Made by a program: the position numbers and the translations under genes. A stretch of 64,000 bases of DNA from Macrostomum lignano (Eukaryota), in the NCBI GenBank assembly GCA_002269645.1, contig NIVC01000563.1, forward strand, positions 174,654 through 238,653, written 5' to 3'. Below, piece after piece: positions 48,101 through 61,462 of the stretch. Under the pieces are notes generated by a model, which was not told the origin of the DNA, did not search any database, and saw only the letters and a program-made list of their open reading frames with translations. How positions within the stretch are numbered: position 1 is the first letter of the stretch; every line of letters begins with the position of its first letter.

Positions 48101-51100
48101 GCCGAATGGAAGATTTTAGCGCCAATTTAGCGCCGAATGAAAGACTTTAGCGCCAATTTAGTGCCGAATGGAAGTTTTTAGCGCCAATTTAGCGCCGAAT
48201 GAAAGACTTAAGAGCCAATTTAGTGCCGAATGGAAGATTTTAGCGCCAATTTAGCGCCGAATGAAAGACTTATGCGCCAATTTAGCGCCGAATAGAAGAT
48301 TTTAGCGCCAATTTAGCGCCGAATGAAAGACTTTAGCGCCAATTTAGCGCCGAATGGAAGATTTTAGCGCCAATTTAGCGCCGAATGAAAGACTTTAGCG
48401 CCAATTTAGCGCCGAATGGAAGATTTGGGCGCCAATTTAGCGCCAAAGTGGACTTACGCGCCAATTTAGCGCCAAAGGCGAGATTTTAGCTTATAAAGTC
48501 GTGCCTCGTACCACAACCTTTTTCTAACAATTGCAAAAACTAAGACCCAAAATTTTACTGGTCAGCAATCTGGGGGTTGCGACCCCTCTGACCCCCTTGA
48601 CTACACCACTGCAATGGTTTCATTTTGTGCCAAATAACTAGCCCGTGTGCGAATATCATCGTATAAAATAGAAAATATGAAGCTACTTCTTAGATAGCTT
48701 CACAAAAATTCAGTTTGACCAAGCAGAAGTCGAAACTGAGAAAACTTGCAGTCAGCCTGCCTGAAAATGTGTGTTTGGAGAAGAGTTGCTACTCAGGTTT
48801 CGGGTTCGGGGCCGCCACCTTGAACTAGCGTTAGAAACACAGAAGACAGATACCGTCGCACGAGTTACAACTGACTTACTCAAAAACTGTTAAGCCCTAC
48901 AATTCTTCCGATAAGGCGCCCCATCACCCTCATCTCCTCGACCAGAGCGAGAATTGATGCCGAAATGATTCAATATTTGTACAAGCCCGTACGCACACAT
49001 ACCCTACTAAGGCATTGCCTCGAGTGTGCAGCCCCCCCCCCTTCCCGGCTAACACAGAGGGAGAAAGAAATAAAGGATAAAAACCGTGGGCAATTCTCCT
49101 TTACAAGGCGCCATCAGTTTTGAGTTAATTTTCTCAAACAGGCAGCAGAAGAGAGGCAGGGTAGGGAATGAAATTCATATTTTATCACCAAGGCTGACAC
49201 TTCAACACTTGGTGAAGAAGTGTCTCCTAAGCCTAAGACGCGGAGAGCAGCCACTGCTGTATCTGTTTACTTCTCGTCCACTTATCCCAAGCATGCCTAG
49301 CATTGGCAATTGCTCGCAATACACTGCAACTCATCTGCAAGCATTACACATGTTAGATATAGTTAGATTCATGGCCTGATAGAAACCCCTGATAGATGTT
49401 CTGCATGCTTGTCAATTTAAAAATCCAATTCTAATGCCAATTTCGTTTTAGTCTGCCATATCTATATATTTAGTTGCTAGGGCGAAGAATGTGCTGAAAT
49501 TCCGGCGCGGGAGGTCTGAATAAGTGCGCATGCGTATTTTTTAGCAAGTTTAGCGCGCAAAACCATTATGACCTGTGTGACAATTTTGACCTCAATCACT
49601 ATCATGTTTGATTATCAATCTGCGTGCGCTTGTGCCGGTGCTTGATTATCAATCTGCGCGCTTGTGCCAAAGGTTGATTATCAATCTGCGTGCGCTTGTG
49701 CCAGTGCTTGATTATCAATCTGCGCGCTTGTGCCAGTGCTTGATTATCAATCTGCGCGCTTTTGCCAGTGGTTGATTATCAATCTGCGCGCTTGTGCCAG
49801 TGCTTGATTATCAATCTGCGCGCTTTTGCCAGTGGTTGATTATCAATCTGCGCGCTTTTGCCAGTGCTTGATTATCAATCTGCGCGCTTTTGCCAGTGGT
49901 TGATTATTAATCTGCGCGCTTGTGCCAGTGCTTGATTATCAATCTGCGCGCTTGTGCCAGTGGTTGATTATCAATCTGCGTGCGCTTGTGCCAGTGCTTG
50001 ATTATCAATCTGCGTGCGCTTGTGCCAGTGGTTGATTATCAATCTGCGCGCTTGTGCCAAAGGTTGATTATCAATCTGCGTGCGCTTGTGCCAGTGCTTG
50101 ATTATCAATCTGCGCGCTTGTGCCAGTGCTTGATTATCAATCTGCGCGCTTTTGCCAGTGGTTGATTATCAATCTGCGCGCTTGTGCCAGTGCTTGATTA
50201 TCAATCTGCGCGCTTTTGCCAGTGGTTGATTATCAATCTGCGCGCTTTTGCCAGTGCTTGATTATCAATCTGCGTGCGCTTGTGCCGGTGCTTGATTATC
50301 AATCTGCGCGCTTTTGCCAGTGGTTGATTATCAATCTGCGCGCTTGTGCCAGTGCTTGATTATCAATCTGCGCGCTTGTGCCAGTGGTTGATTATCAATC
50401 TGCGTGCGCTTGTGCCAGTGGTTGATTATCAATCTGCGTGCGCTTGTGCCAGTGGTTGATTATCAATCTGCGTGCGCTTTTGCCAGTGGTTGATTATCAA
50501 TCTGCGTGCGCTTGTGCCAGTGCTTGATTATCAATCTGCGCGCTTGTGCCAGTGGTTGATTATCAATCTGCGTGCGCTTGTGCCAGTGGTTGATTATCAA
50601 TCTGCGTGCGCTTGTGCCAGTGCTTGATTATCAATCTGCGTGCGCTTGTGCCAGTGCTTGATTATCAATCTGCGTGCGCTTGTGCCGGTGCTTGATTATC
50701 AATCTGCGCGCTTGTGCCAGTGGTTGATTATCAATCTGCGTGCGCTTGTGCCAGTGGTTGATTATCAATCTGCGTGCGCTTTTGCCAGTGGTTGATTATC
50801 AATCTGCGCGCTTGTGCCAGTGCTTGATTATCAATCTGCGCGCTTGTGCCAGTGGTTGATTATCAATCTGCGTGCGCTTGTGCCAGTGGTTGATTATCAA
50901 TCTGCGTGCGCTTGTGCCAGTGCTTGATTATCAATCTGCGTGCGCTTGTGCCAGTGCTTGATTATCAATCTGCGTGCGCTTGTGCCGGTGCTTGATTATC
51001 AATCTGCGTGCGCTTGTGCCGGTGCTTGATTATCAATCTGTGCGCTTGTGCCAGTGCTTGAGCCCTACTGTCCACAGCCGGTGGAAGAGGTGCTGCTGCC

Positions 51101-54100
51101 TGACGCACATATGCGCCCTGTGGCGCTGTTCATCAAGACCTCTTATAACAGCGTGCTGTGTTGCCGCTGTTATATGCCAAGAAGCCAAAAAATCACAAAA
51201 CCAAAAGATTTTCGACGCAAAGATTTTTAAGAGTTAAAAAACCTCGAAAAATTGTTTTCAACACTTTGCCAGCAAATATACAAGCTGCAAAAATGTGTCG
51301 CAAATTTTTTTTTCTGTCAGAACCATAAAGGTCTCTCCCTGACTTCTGTTCATTCCAAACAATTTTCCACTTTCCCTGTCAGCTGAACTGCAGCCGCAGG
51401 AACACACACGCGCACACAAGCGGACAGATTGAATAGAGAGATTGCCAATCTCTTAACTATAACAGCTCCATATACGAGCTATCTGTTGCGGAGGTCCCAA
51501 CCTCAGCCATCCCCAGGGCAAGCGGGCGCCGCCACACCTTGGGTGGGCAATCCAGCGGCAAGCAGTAGCCGGGCAAAATGGCTGCTGCAGCTGATCACAG
51601 CTTTGCCAGCACAGGAAACAAAACGCTGCGAACAGGCAGGCAACACGGCTTTGGGGTTGGAGGCTGCGATCCGGCAAAACAGACGATTAGATTAGAAAAA
51701 GAAGAAGACACGCGAAAGAAGAAAGAAGGCAATAGCCTGTTCAAAGCCAGATAGAGACAGAGAAGTGAAACAGTGAGGCTGCGCTATCCAGTTAGTTTGA
51801 AGGGGTGGAGGCAGAATAAGCCATCTGAAGGAAGCCATCAAGACTTTCAGGTGCCCCCGCAGCCGCCCCTGGCTCACTTTCACTCCTCCGGCTCCTGCCC
51901 CCTCCTCTCGCGTATCTCCATCGCATAACACAGCTGTGAAATTCTGGCAAGAAAAAGTGAACCGAAAGATAAAAATAACCCCGCTGCTGCCCAGCCGGCC
52001 CATCCTCTCCATCCTAGGTGTCCATCAGTCAGAGAGAGAGAGAGAGATGCTTCCATAACTATTTTGTATTAGTTTTGCGCCGCCGCAAGCGCAGTTTTTA
52101 ATGCGATGTCAAGACAGCTTCTTCTCCTTCCTTAGATGCGATGTTTGCGCGCGCTGCTCTCGCACACTTGGCTTTAGTTATCGATGCCGCAAATCTGTGC
52201 CCGGCCCGAACCAAACCAAAGATTTGGTGTCAGCAGCGCCGCGCTGTGGGACCTCTCGTGCGCGTCTACCTATCAGCCATATATCACTCACACACTCTCT
52301 CTCTCACTCTAACATAAGCGTGTTAATAAACCATCTTCCTACCGACCACCTTATAAAGAAACCTTGGGGCTCGCAAGATTCCCAGAATCTGATTTCGCGT
52401 GTCATATTTTTTCAAGCCGAAGCGCAGGGGAAAAAACCCAGTTATAAAAGCATTTGGCTTTTAAACCCGTTTTAACATTTGCCGTTTTTTCTCTCGCACC
52501 TCACCTTCAGGCACAGATGCGTAATTAAGGTTTTTTTCTTTTAACAGGAATCTAGTCAAACCCTTTGCCACTTAATTTGGTCATTAGGGAGAATTACTTA
52601 CAACAATTATTCTCTCTATAATTGAATTTGCATCATTGCCTACAGCAAAAAAATCTGAATTTTTAGCAGTAGGGAACTACGAATACTATACGAGCGTAGG
52701 CTTGAAAAAAATAACTGGGGAGAAAAAGCGCGTAAAGAACTACTATCATCTGTTGTCATCTATAAATTTAATGAAGCCAGCCACTGCACTAATTATGCTG
52801 TAAACGGGAGCTTGTAAAGGAGCTTTAGGGAATTTCCAGACAATTTAAGGAATAAAATTACATTCTGACCAGACAATTAATAATTAGCAAACCATTTTGC
52901 CAATCTCCGTTCTCAGTCAGTGAACAGAATATTTGAGCGCCAATTTAGTGCTAAAAACGAGATTTTAGCGCCAAAGATGAGATTTTAGCGCCAACGGTGA
53001 GATTTTAGCGCCAAAATGAGATTTTAGCGCCAAATATGATATTTTAGCGCCTAAGGTGAGATTTTAGCGCCAACCGTCAGATTTTAGCGCCAACGGTAAG
53101 ATTTTAGCGCCAAAGATGAGATTTTAGCGCCAAAGATGAGATTTTAGCGCCAACAGTGAGATTTTAGCGCCAAAGATTAGATTTTAGCGCCAAAGATGAG
53201 ATTCTAGCGCCAACGGTGAGTTTTTAGCGCCAAAATGAGATTTTAGCGCCAACCGTCAGATTTTAGCGCCAACGGTAAGATTTTAGCGCCAAAGATGAGA
53301 TTTTAGCGCCAAAGATGAGATTTTAGCGCCAACAGTGAGATTTTAGCGCCAAAGATTAGATTTTAGCGCCAAAGATGAGATTCTAGCGCCAACGGTGAGT
53401 TTTTAGCGCCAAAATGAGATTTTAGCGCCAAAATTTGCGCCAAAGACAAGGTTTTAGCATCAATTTAGCACCAAAATCGAGATTTGAGCGCCAATTTAGC
53501 GCCAAATGTGAGATTCTAGCACCAAAGGCGAGATTTCAGCGCCAATTTAGCGCCAAAAGCAAGATTTTAGCGCCAAAGGCGAGACTTTAGCGCCAGTTTA
53601 GCGCCGATAGATTTTTACGTGTACTATCACTATTCTATTTAAAAATTAATAAAATCAAAACTCAAAAGTTTAACGGTGATATAGCAATTTTTTGTCGTCA
53701 AGGGGTCCTGTTGGTATATGTCTGCCAACCCGGATCCTAAAAACTATGTCTTTTGCCTATATTATTTGATTCCCAAATTTCTGTCGCGTGTCCACTCATA
53801 CCTGCAAATTCGACTTTCACCTGGCCATTAGAGACAGACAGACACCTGAGCGCTACAGGGGTGACCACCAGCAGGTTGAGAGAGAGAGAGAGAGAGAGAG
53901 GGTGGGGCGGGGCGGGGCGGCGCGGCGCGGCGGGATCGCAGTCGCCAACTTTTAATGCCCGACGGACGGACGACAATTCCTTCAATATTTCATCTATAGT
54001 TAATGGCTGCTCAACAACATGGGGGAAACGGTTCACAGAATCTAGAGCCAAGGCATGCCTAGTCGAATATATTCGATGCATTTTTAATCAGACACTTCAC

Positions 54101-57100
54101 GGACCCGCACCACCACAAGGGGAGGCGGCCTGCAGTTCCGTTCCTCCCACATCCGCCACTTTCTCTCTCCCCTGTCGCAGTCGGGGTCCATGCCATAGAC
54201 AACAGACATCTGGCGCTCCTCTCTGGCTAGAAAGCTACTACGGCTAAGGGGCCGCCGCTGCGTTGCGTATAAAATAATATAAACTGCCGGCCAGCGCCTG
54301 CCCCGCCTGTCCAGCTTGACTATTTCATATTATTATTATTATTACTACATACTATAACTATTTATTATACAGAGAAGACGGTCAACTTGACCATAGGCTA
54401 ACAATCAAATATAGTTCAATCCCCCTAGTCGTCACCCAGTTATTAGGAATTAAGACTAACAATATCTGATGGTATTATATCTTTAAAATACTTATAGTTT
54501 AGAAAATTCGATTACTCTTAGCTAACCTTTAAGATACTCGAGTGTCTACAAGCCATAGGGCACGGCTGGGGAAGTTGGTCCCACTTTCTATCTCTCTAAT
54601 ATATCTGCGTCACAAGTGGGGATAAATATTGTGTTCCTCTGTTCCAAGCTCCAATTTGAGAACAATTGAGAACACCATGTCTTACCTTGGCTGGCTACGA
54701 CTCCGCCCCGCATGCCTTATATTATAGCAAATGCATAAATTTATGACACTTATAATCATAACCTAAGACAGCTAGATATGATGATGATGACTCGAGTGGG
54801 AGGAGAAGCTGGACATTCAAGTTGATTGCCGTCGGGCCATCTTAACGACAGACAAACCAATGAGTAGTTTGAGTAGCTATGGAGCTTGCAGAGGCGCTCT
54901 AAGTACCCAGAAACTAACAAAGCAACTGTTTACACAATTTATATGTTTAATAATCCAAAGTGAAGCATAGGTTTGAAGTAAAGAAACAACTGTTTTGCAT
55001 AAGCAACAGGCGTGGTGTAGTTTACTTGTATTCTGCCACTAGCGCTTAACTCTCTCAGACTCTATTTTATAATGGCTCTGTGAAGATGAAAATCTTCTTT
55101 TTTAAAAGAAGAAAAGATAGAGAATCTATCGAACTGAGGTAAACAAAGACTTGCACTGTTTACTGACTGTTCATTGATAAAATAGGAACAAAGGATCAAA
55201 CGCTAGGAATATCTCTATTTCCTAGTGCAATTGATTGCTTGATAAAAACTTCTATATATGGTAAAAGCCGTAGCAATACTACAAGAAAATAATAATTAGA
55301 GTAGAAAATTCCTAAGCAAACCATGTTGTGATGGCAGCAAGCGATACAACTGTTGTGAATTAATAGGCGGAGCCCCAGTCGGTCATTAAGGAGAAATCAT
55401 CGGGCCATGGGGGTGCAGGGCGATTTTTCTATTTATCCCCTAGCCTCTGTAGTGCTAGCACCCCCAATCTATAAAGGGGGTTGGTTGGGTCGGGACAGCG
55501 GGGTAGCGCATATTCGAAATGCATTTTCTCTTACTAGTAAATGCATATAAGCAGGCGGTGGTAGGGCAGAGTTCCCGCTGCGAAGGACGCTGAGGAATAA
55601 TATATCCCCGCAGATTCGGCCGCATCAGACCCCACCGGTTGAAAGCCCCTGCTTTGCCTTTCTCGACACAGTTAAAAAAAATCCCCGCCCCCTCTCCTTT
55701 TTGATTCTTTTTAGTGGCCTCACGCCGAGCAAGCTAAGGGCTCCAAAGCTTTGCCCCGAGAGGTCGCCCGGGGGATCGGGCGGATGGTGCATTTGCGACT
55801 TATTGCAGCAAATGCTGAGGAAGCAGAGACGGGGAGAGATGGGGGAGTGGTTCGGGTGGCAAGCTGGCAAATTCGGATACGGGGATAGCTTCAGAGAGAG
55901 GACGAGGCGCGCTTCCCCCTCCCAACCCCGCTCCGCCCCGACCTGCGAGGGCCGCGTCAATCAACTACAGGATTTGGTCGATTTCAAGTGTCAATCAGAT
56001 TTCGGCTTGGGCCGCCCGACATACCGATACACAAGTCATTAGTTTGGTATACAGAGAGAGGGGGTGAAGAGGGGAGAGTAAGAAGGGAAAGGAGGAGGGG
56101 AATGTGGGATTTGGGAAGAGCTGCTGCTGAGAGGGAGATGGGGGGAGCAGGCAGTGGGAAAGCGGTGCCCTCAGCGGCTCGAGGCTGAAGAGGCGGCGAG
56201 CCAGCATCCAATCCCGTATTCTCAAAAGCTTTCGCACTATTAAAAAAGCTTACCAGTAAGTGAGGAGGCTGGAGTAATAATATTATTAAAAAATTGTGTT
56301 CAGAATGAGTTAGCAGGTGCCAAAAGCCTCGAGTGGGTGCGAACTTCAATAAGATGAAATCATCCCCCAAAAAATCCAGTTTGGCAGGTAAAAACGTAAC
56401 AGGATGAGGGGTCGGTGTGACAAAAGGTGCAAATTGATCGGTCCGCTGCTTCCGCAATTTCATAGGGCGGTTATAATAATTATCGGATCATAGATTTAAA
56501 ATCATAATTGGCACTCATAAAATTGAATTTTAATTGTCTGATTTAATAAGCTAAGCTGAAAATTGGCTGAATTGTTAATGCCTAAAACCAGCCGTCAGAA
56601 AAGAATCCATACTCTATTTCACAAGAGCACTGGCCGAACGGCGCCAGACATCCTGACGCTGTCCAAGCAGGTTGTCAAAAATTGACAAGAACTACTCTAC
56701 GCTCGTAGATAAAAATAAAACACGCACCGATACGAGACACACTGCTGGAGATTAAAAACCGTTTTTAATAATGACAATATACGAATCAGGTAAAGTAAAT
56801 TTACTTGCAGAAGAAACACACTTAAAGAAGGCCTACAAATGAGAAAGATTTCGTGTTGTAAAAAATAGCTAGTGTTTCACAGATAGCGCCCACGCGAACA
56901 CAGACAGACAGACAGACAGGCTGGCAGGCAGACAGACGACAAGGGCAAATGTTTTATAAAATTGTCAAAGCCACTGCGTGCTGGCAACCCGCTGCACTGT
57001 GACTTTGCGCTGCCACAGGCCTTAACAACACAACCTCACTCCGCGACCCCCCACTCGAGCCCACAACCCCACCCCTCCAAGCGTTTGATTGACAACCGTT

Positions 57101-59473
57101 TTACACCTCTTGATAAGGACTCTAGTGGCAGGCACCCCCTCCCTATCTGGCCTTGCTTCATCACCTCTCCTCTCCTCCAGGTGTCAAGAGATGCAGCAAG
57201 CCCCTCTATGTGTGTGTCGTTTGGGCCTGGTGAAACTGCAGCATATCGCTAGCCAACTAAGAACCATCCCCTGGGGGAGACACATTACACTACACACGGG
57301 GGCTCTACATACCTGTGTGTGAGAGAGCCGGACAGGCGGTCCCACCTAGGCATTCTTGCCTCCAAGCCTGTGTGTAAAACAAAAAACACTTTCTCTTCAC
57401 TATACTGCGTCTTAATAACCTTAATAACCTCTCAGACTGAAAAACATGAAATCTAATTTCTAACTAACGCTATGAAAATGAAAAAAACACGCGTTCTCAC
57501 ACGCTGACTGTTCTGGGAAAAGCTGCTGGGTTTAAGTTAATGAAAAATGATAGATATGAGATGCATGGAAACTATAATAACTCACCACTAGATGCTGAAA
57601 TAGCCACTGTTTCATTATCTGCGTAGCGCGTTTCGGTAAAACGCCGCGTTTTTGCTTGTTTTTATCGTCTAACGAATCTGTTGGACTGCCCATCTGGTGG
57701 TGATGGTGATGGCTGGACTGCTGATGGTGCTGCTGCTGATGCAGCGGAAGCGGAATATGAGTGCCGCCGCCGCCGCCAGTCGGCATCAAGCCCGGATGGT
57801 GGCCGGGCTGTCTGGGCGCCGCTGCCGAGCCGGGATATGCATAGTGGGGATAAGCTGGGCCGCCGCTGCCGCCGCCGCTGTGCAGCAGGTGATGATGCTG
57901 ATGAGCGTGATGATGATCGGGGTACAGGTGCGACGGGTGGCCACCGTAGAAGCCGTTTTGGCTGCCTCCGTTGCCGGAATGGATGGCCGCTGCTGCTGCT
58001 GCGGCGGCCGCCGCGGCTGCTGCCGCCGTCGCGTGCGGCTGCTGCGAATGCGACTGGCCGCCGGCTGCCGCCGCCGTCGAGGGCGAAGCGTCGCCCGACT
58101 CGGAACTGGGCGAATTGGGCATGGAGTCTGCGGGCGGCACAGGGCGGGACGGCGGCTCAGGGGAGTTCTTAACTGAAGACTCAGGGAGTTCGGACTGAGG
58201 ACTCAGGGAGTTCGGACTGAGGACTCAGGGAGTTCGGATTGAAGACTCGGAGAGCTCGGACTGAAGACTCAGGGAGTTCGGACTGAAGACTCGGGAGTTC
58301 GGACTGAGGACTCAGGGAGTTCGGACTGAGGACTCAGGGAGTTCGGACTGAAGACTCTGCGAGTTCGGACTGAAGACTCGGGAGTTCGGACTGAAGACTC
58401 AGGGAGTTCGGACTGAAGACTCAGGGAGTTCGGACTGAAGACTCGGGAGTTCGGACTGAAGACTCGGGGAGTTCGGACTGAAGACTCAGGGAGTTCGGAC
58501 TGAAGACTCGGGGAGTTCGGACTGAAGACTCTGCGAGTTCGGACTGAAGACTCTGGGATTTCAGACCGAAGTCTCAGGGAGTTCGGACTGAAGACTCAGG
58601 GAGTTCGGAAGACTCAGGGAGTTCGGACTGAAGACTCAGGGAGTTCGGACTGAGGACTCAGGGAGTTCGGACTGAAGACTCAGGGAGTTCGGACTGAAGA
58701 CTCAGGGAGTTCGGACTGAGGACTCAGGGAGTTCGGACTGAAGACTCAGGGAGTTCGGACTGAAGACTCAGGGAGTTCGGACTGAAGATTTAGGGCTTTC
58801 GATCCATATTTAGGAGTTTGAATTGAAATAGTGCATAGACTAAACTGATCGATCTCAACTAAGCGTAAGAATGGTTTAAAGTTAAGACTCAAGGGTTTGA
58901 GTTGAGACTCAGGGGTTCGAATTGAGACTCAGGGGTTTGAATTGAAACTCAGGGGTTTGAATTGAGACTCATGGGTTTGAACTAAGACTCAGGGCTTCAT
59001 TAAACACGAATGAAGTTTAAAGCGAACACGCACCGTGCTGCAGAAAGTCGGCTTGCTGATAGCGGCACCGCACGGTATTAATATACCTCGAGCAGAAGTC
59101 GCGGCACAATTCATTGACCTTCTCCAATTCAATAATGTGAATGCCGAGCACCTGGACAGCTTCGATCATCAGTTGGTCCAAATCCGGGTTGGAGCCGCAG
59201 TCTAAGCTGCCTCTGCCGCCGCCGCTGTCGCTGCCAGTTGCAGAGTCTCGCTGTTGCTGCTGCTGCTGCTGGTGCTGCTGCAGAAACGCCTGAACATCGG
59301 CGTCAAGCGACTCCTTGCCAGATGTCTGCGTGTCCAACTGAGCCGTCGACGCCTCGCATCGTTCCAGCACGCTGGCCAGCAGGGGAAACAGAGGGTGCGC
59401 GTAGATGCACTTCTTCTCGCTTTCTTGCTGCGGATGGGCGGCGGCCAGCTCCACGGAGGTCAGAGTTGGGGCG
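42061..59473 (-). CDS. PKNOX1: Prep/PKNOX TALE-class homeobox protein; at least 4 exons, 5' exon unresolved
   Basis: The MEINOX domain reads [10 protein letters not shown]...LDADVQAF...[16 protein letters not shown]. The homeodomain reads [22 protein letters not shown]|[39 protein letters not shown] and is followed by KKKK...[23 protein letters not shown] and RFWP match Prep rather than Meis. Confidence 0.9.
42260..42549 (-). mobile_element. tRNA-derived SINE with CORE-like domain, copy 2
   Basis: Same body as copy 1; flanked by the 11-bp TSD TAGGATAGTAA (42249-42259 and 42550-42560). Confidence 0.87.
42570..42950 (+). repeat. 33-bp minisatellite (ACTACAAAATCTCACCCCATGGGATAGTAGATA)
   Basis: Last Prep intron. 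Confidence 0.9.
43052..43766 (-). CDS. PKNOX1: Prep exon (rest of homeodomain and C-terminal low-complexity region)
   Basis: ctgcag|HPYPTEDEK...AQH-A|gtgagc; if this donor is not used the ORF stops at 43026. Confidence 0.88.
43905..44460 (+). repeat. Related ACTACAAAATCTCACCC-family repeat
   Basis: Other side of the homeobox exon, same orientation. Confidence 0.87.
45845..46815. repeat. 16-bp minisatellite (AGTTTGTGAAGCTTCT)
   Basis: About 60 copies in the large Prep intron. Confidence 0.93.
47647..48611. mobile_element. Non-autonomous TIR element (hAT-like termini) carrying a TTTAGCGCC minisatellite
   Basis: Termini CAGTGGCTTAGTCA and the reverse complement CAGTGGTGTAGTCA match at 12/14. 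The flanks CAATAACT and CAATGGTT match at only 5/8. The internal array spans 47786-48490. Confidence 0.6.
49603..51060. repeat. 31/33-bp minisatellite (GCGCTTGTGCCAGTGCTTGATTATCAATCTGC with or without GT)
   Basis: Large Prep intron. Confidence 0.94.
52935..53606 (+). repeat. 20-bp TTTTAGCGCC-family minisatellite (GAGATTTTAGCGCCAAAGAT)
   Basis: Large Prep intron. Confidence 0.92.
57586..58127 (-). CDS. PKNOX1: Prep exon (poly-Ala/His linker and homeodomain helix 1)
   Basis: ccgcag|AC...FQHLV|gtgagt; 542 nt. Confidence 0.88.
58175..58995. repeat. 22-bp minisatellite (GGACTGAAGACTCAGGGAGTTC), decaying rightwards
   Basis: Fills Prep intron 58128-59033. Confidence 0.92.
59034..59473 (-). CDS. 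PKNOX1: Prep exon (MEINOX domain)
   Basis: attctcag|C...CAC G|gtgcgt; 440 nt, phase 2 to phase 1. Confidence 0.88.
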
Positions 59474-59545
59474 CTGAGAATGCACGGGCGAGCGGCGAGA
59501 TGTACCGATAAATTAAATTCGACACAAATCAGAGAACAGAGGCTT

Positions 59546-61462
59546 GTCACTCTCCGATCTCTCTAGCCGCTAAGTCACTCTCCGATCTCTCTAACCGCTA
59601 AGTCACTCTCCGATCTCTCTAGCCGCTAATTCACTCTCCAACCTCTCTAACCGCTAAGTCACTCTCCGATCTCTCTAACCGCTAAGTCACTCTCCGACCT
59701 CTCTAACCGCTAAGTCACTCTCCGATCTCTCTAACCGCTAAGTCACTCTCCGATCTCTCTAACCGCTAAGTCACTCTCCGACCTCTCTAACCGCTAAGTC
59801 ACTCTCCGATCTCTCTAACCGCTAAGTCACTCTCCGATCTCTCTAGCCGCTAAGTCACTCTCCGATCTCTCTAACCGCTAAGTCACTCTCCGATCTCTCT
59901 AACCGCTAAGTCACTCTCCGATCTCTCTAGCCGCTAAGTCACTCTCCGATCTCTCTAACCGCTAAGTCACTCTCCGACCTCTCTAACCGCTAAGTCACTC
60001 TCCGATCTCTCTAACCGCTAAGTCACTCTCCGATCTCTCTAACCGCTAAGTCACTCTCCGATCTCTCTAGCCGCTAAGTCCCGCTAAGTCACTCTCCGAT
60101 CTCTCTAGCCGCTAAGTCACTCTCCGATCTCTCTAGCCGCTAAGTCACTCTCCGATCTCTCTAGCCGCTAAGTCACTCTCCGATCTCTCTCTAGCCGCTA
60201 AGTCACTCTCCGATCTCTCTAGCCGCTAATTCACTCTCCAACCTCTCTAACCGCTAAGTCACTCTCCGATCTCTCTAACCGCTAAGTCACTCTCCGACCT
60301 CTCTAACCGCTAAGTCACTCTCCGATCTCTCTAACCGCTAAGTCACTCTCCGATCTCTCTAGCCGCTAAGTCACTCTCCGATCTCTCTAGCCGCTAAGTC
60401 ACTCTCCGATCTCTCTAGCCGCTAAGTCACTCTCCGATCTCTCTCTAGCCGCTAAGTCACTCTCCGATCTCTCTAGCCGCTAATTCACTCTCCAACCTCT
60501 CTAACTGCTAAGTCACTCTCCGATCTCTCTAACCGCTAAGTCACTCTCCGACCTCTCTAACCGCTAAGTCACTCTCCGATCTCTCTAACCGCTAAGTCAC
60601 TCTCCGATCTCTCTAGCCGCTAAGTCACTCTCCGATCTCTCTAGCCGCTAAGTCACTCTCCGATCTCTCTAGCCGCTAAGTCACTCTCCGATCTCTCTAA
60701 CCGCTAAGTCACTCTCCGATCTCTCTAGCCGCTAAGTCACTCTCCGATCTCTCTAGCCGCTAAGTCCCGCTAAGTCACTCTCCGATCTCTCTAGCCGCTA
60801 AGTCACTCTCCGATCTCTCTAGCCGCTAAGTCACTCTCCGATCTCTCTCTAGCCGCTAAGTCACTCTCCGATCTCTCTAGCCGCTAAGTCACTCTCCGAT
60901 CTCTCTAGCCGCTAAGTCACTCTCCGATCTCTCTAGCCGCTAAGTCACTCTCCGATCTATTTAACCGCTAACTCACTCTCCGATCTCTCTAGCCGCTAAG
61001 TCACTCTCCGATCTATTTAACCGCTAACTCACTCTCCGATCTCTCTAGCCGCTAAGTCACTCTCCGATCTATTTAACCGCTAACTCACTCTCCGATCTCT
61101 CTAGCCGCTAAGTCACTCTCCGATCTACATGTATTTAACCGCTAAGTCACTCTCCGATCTCTCTAGCCGCTAAGTCACTCTCCGATCTCTCTAACCGCTA
61201 AGTCACTCTCCGACCTCTCTAGCCGCTAAGTCACTCTCCGATCTCTCTAGCCGCTAAGTCACTCTCCGACCTCTCTAGCCGCTAAGTCACTCTCCGATCT
61301 CTCTAGCCGCTAAGTCACTCTCCGATCTCTCTAACCGCTAAGTCACTCTCCGATCTCTCTAACCGCTAAGTCACTCTCCGATCTCTCTAACCGCTAAGTC
61401 ACTCTCCGATCTCTCTAACCGCTAAGTCACTCTCCGATCTCTGTAGCTGCTAAGTCACTCTC
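59546..61462. repeat. 28-bp minisatellite (GTCACTCTCCGATCTCTCTAACCGCTAA)
   Basis: About 68 copies 5' of the MEINOX exon. Confidence 0.95.

Noticed and set aside
43052-59473. Meis/homothorax assignment
   Set aside because: The homeodomain and flanks ([31 protein letters not shown]) match Prep/PKNOX
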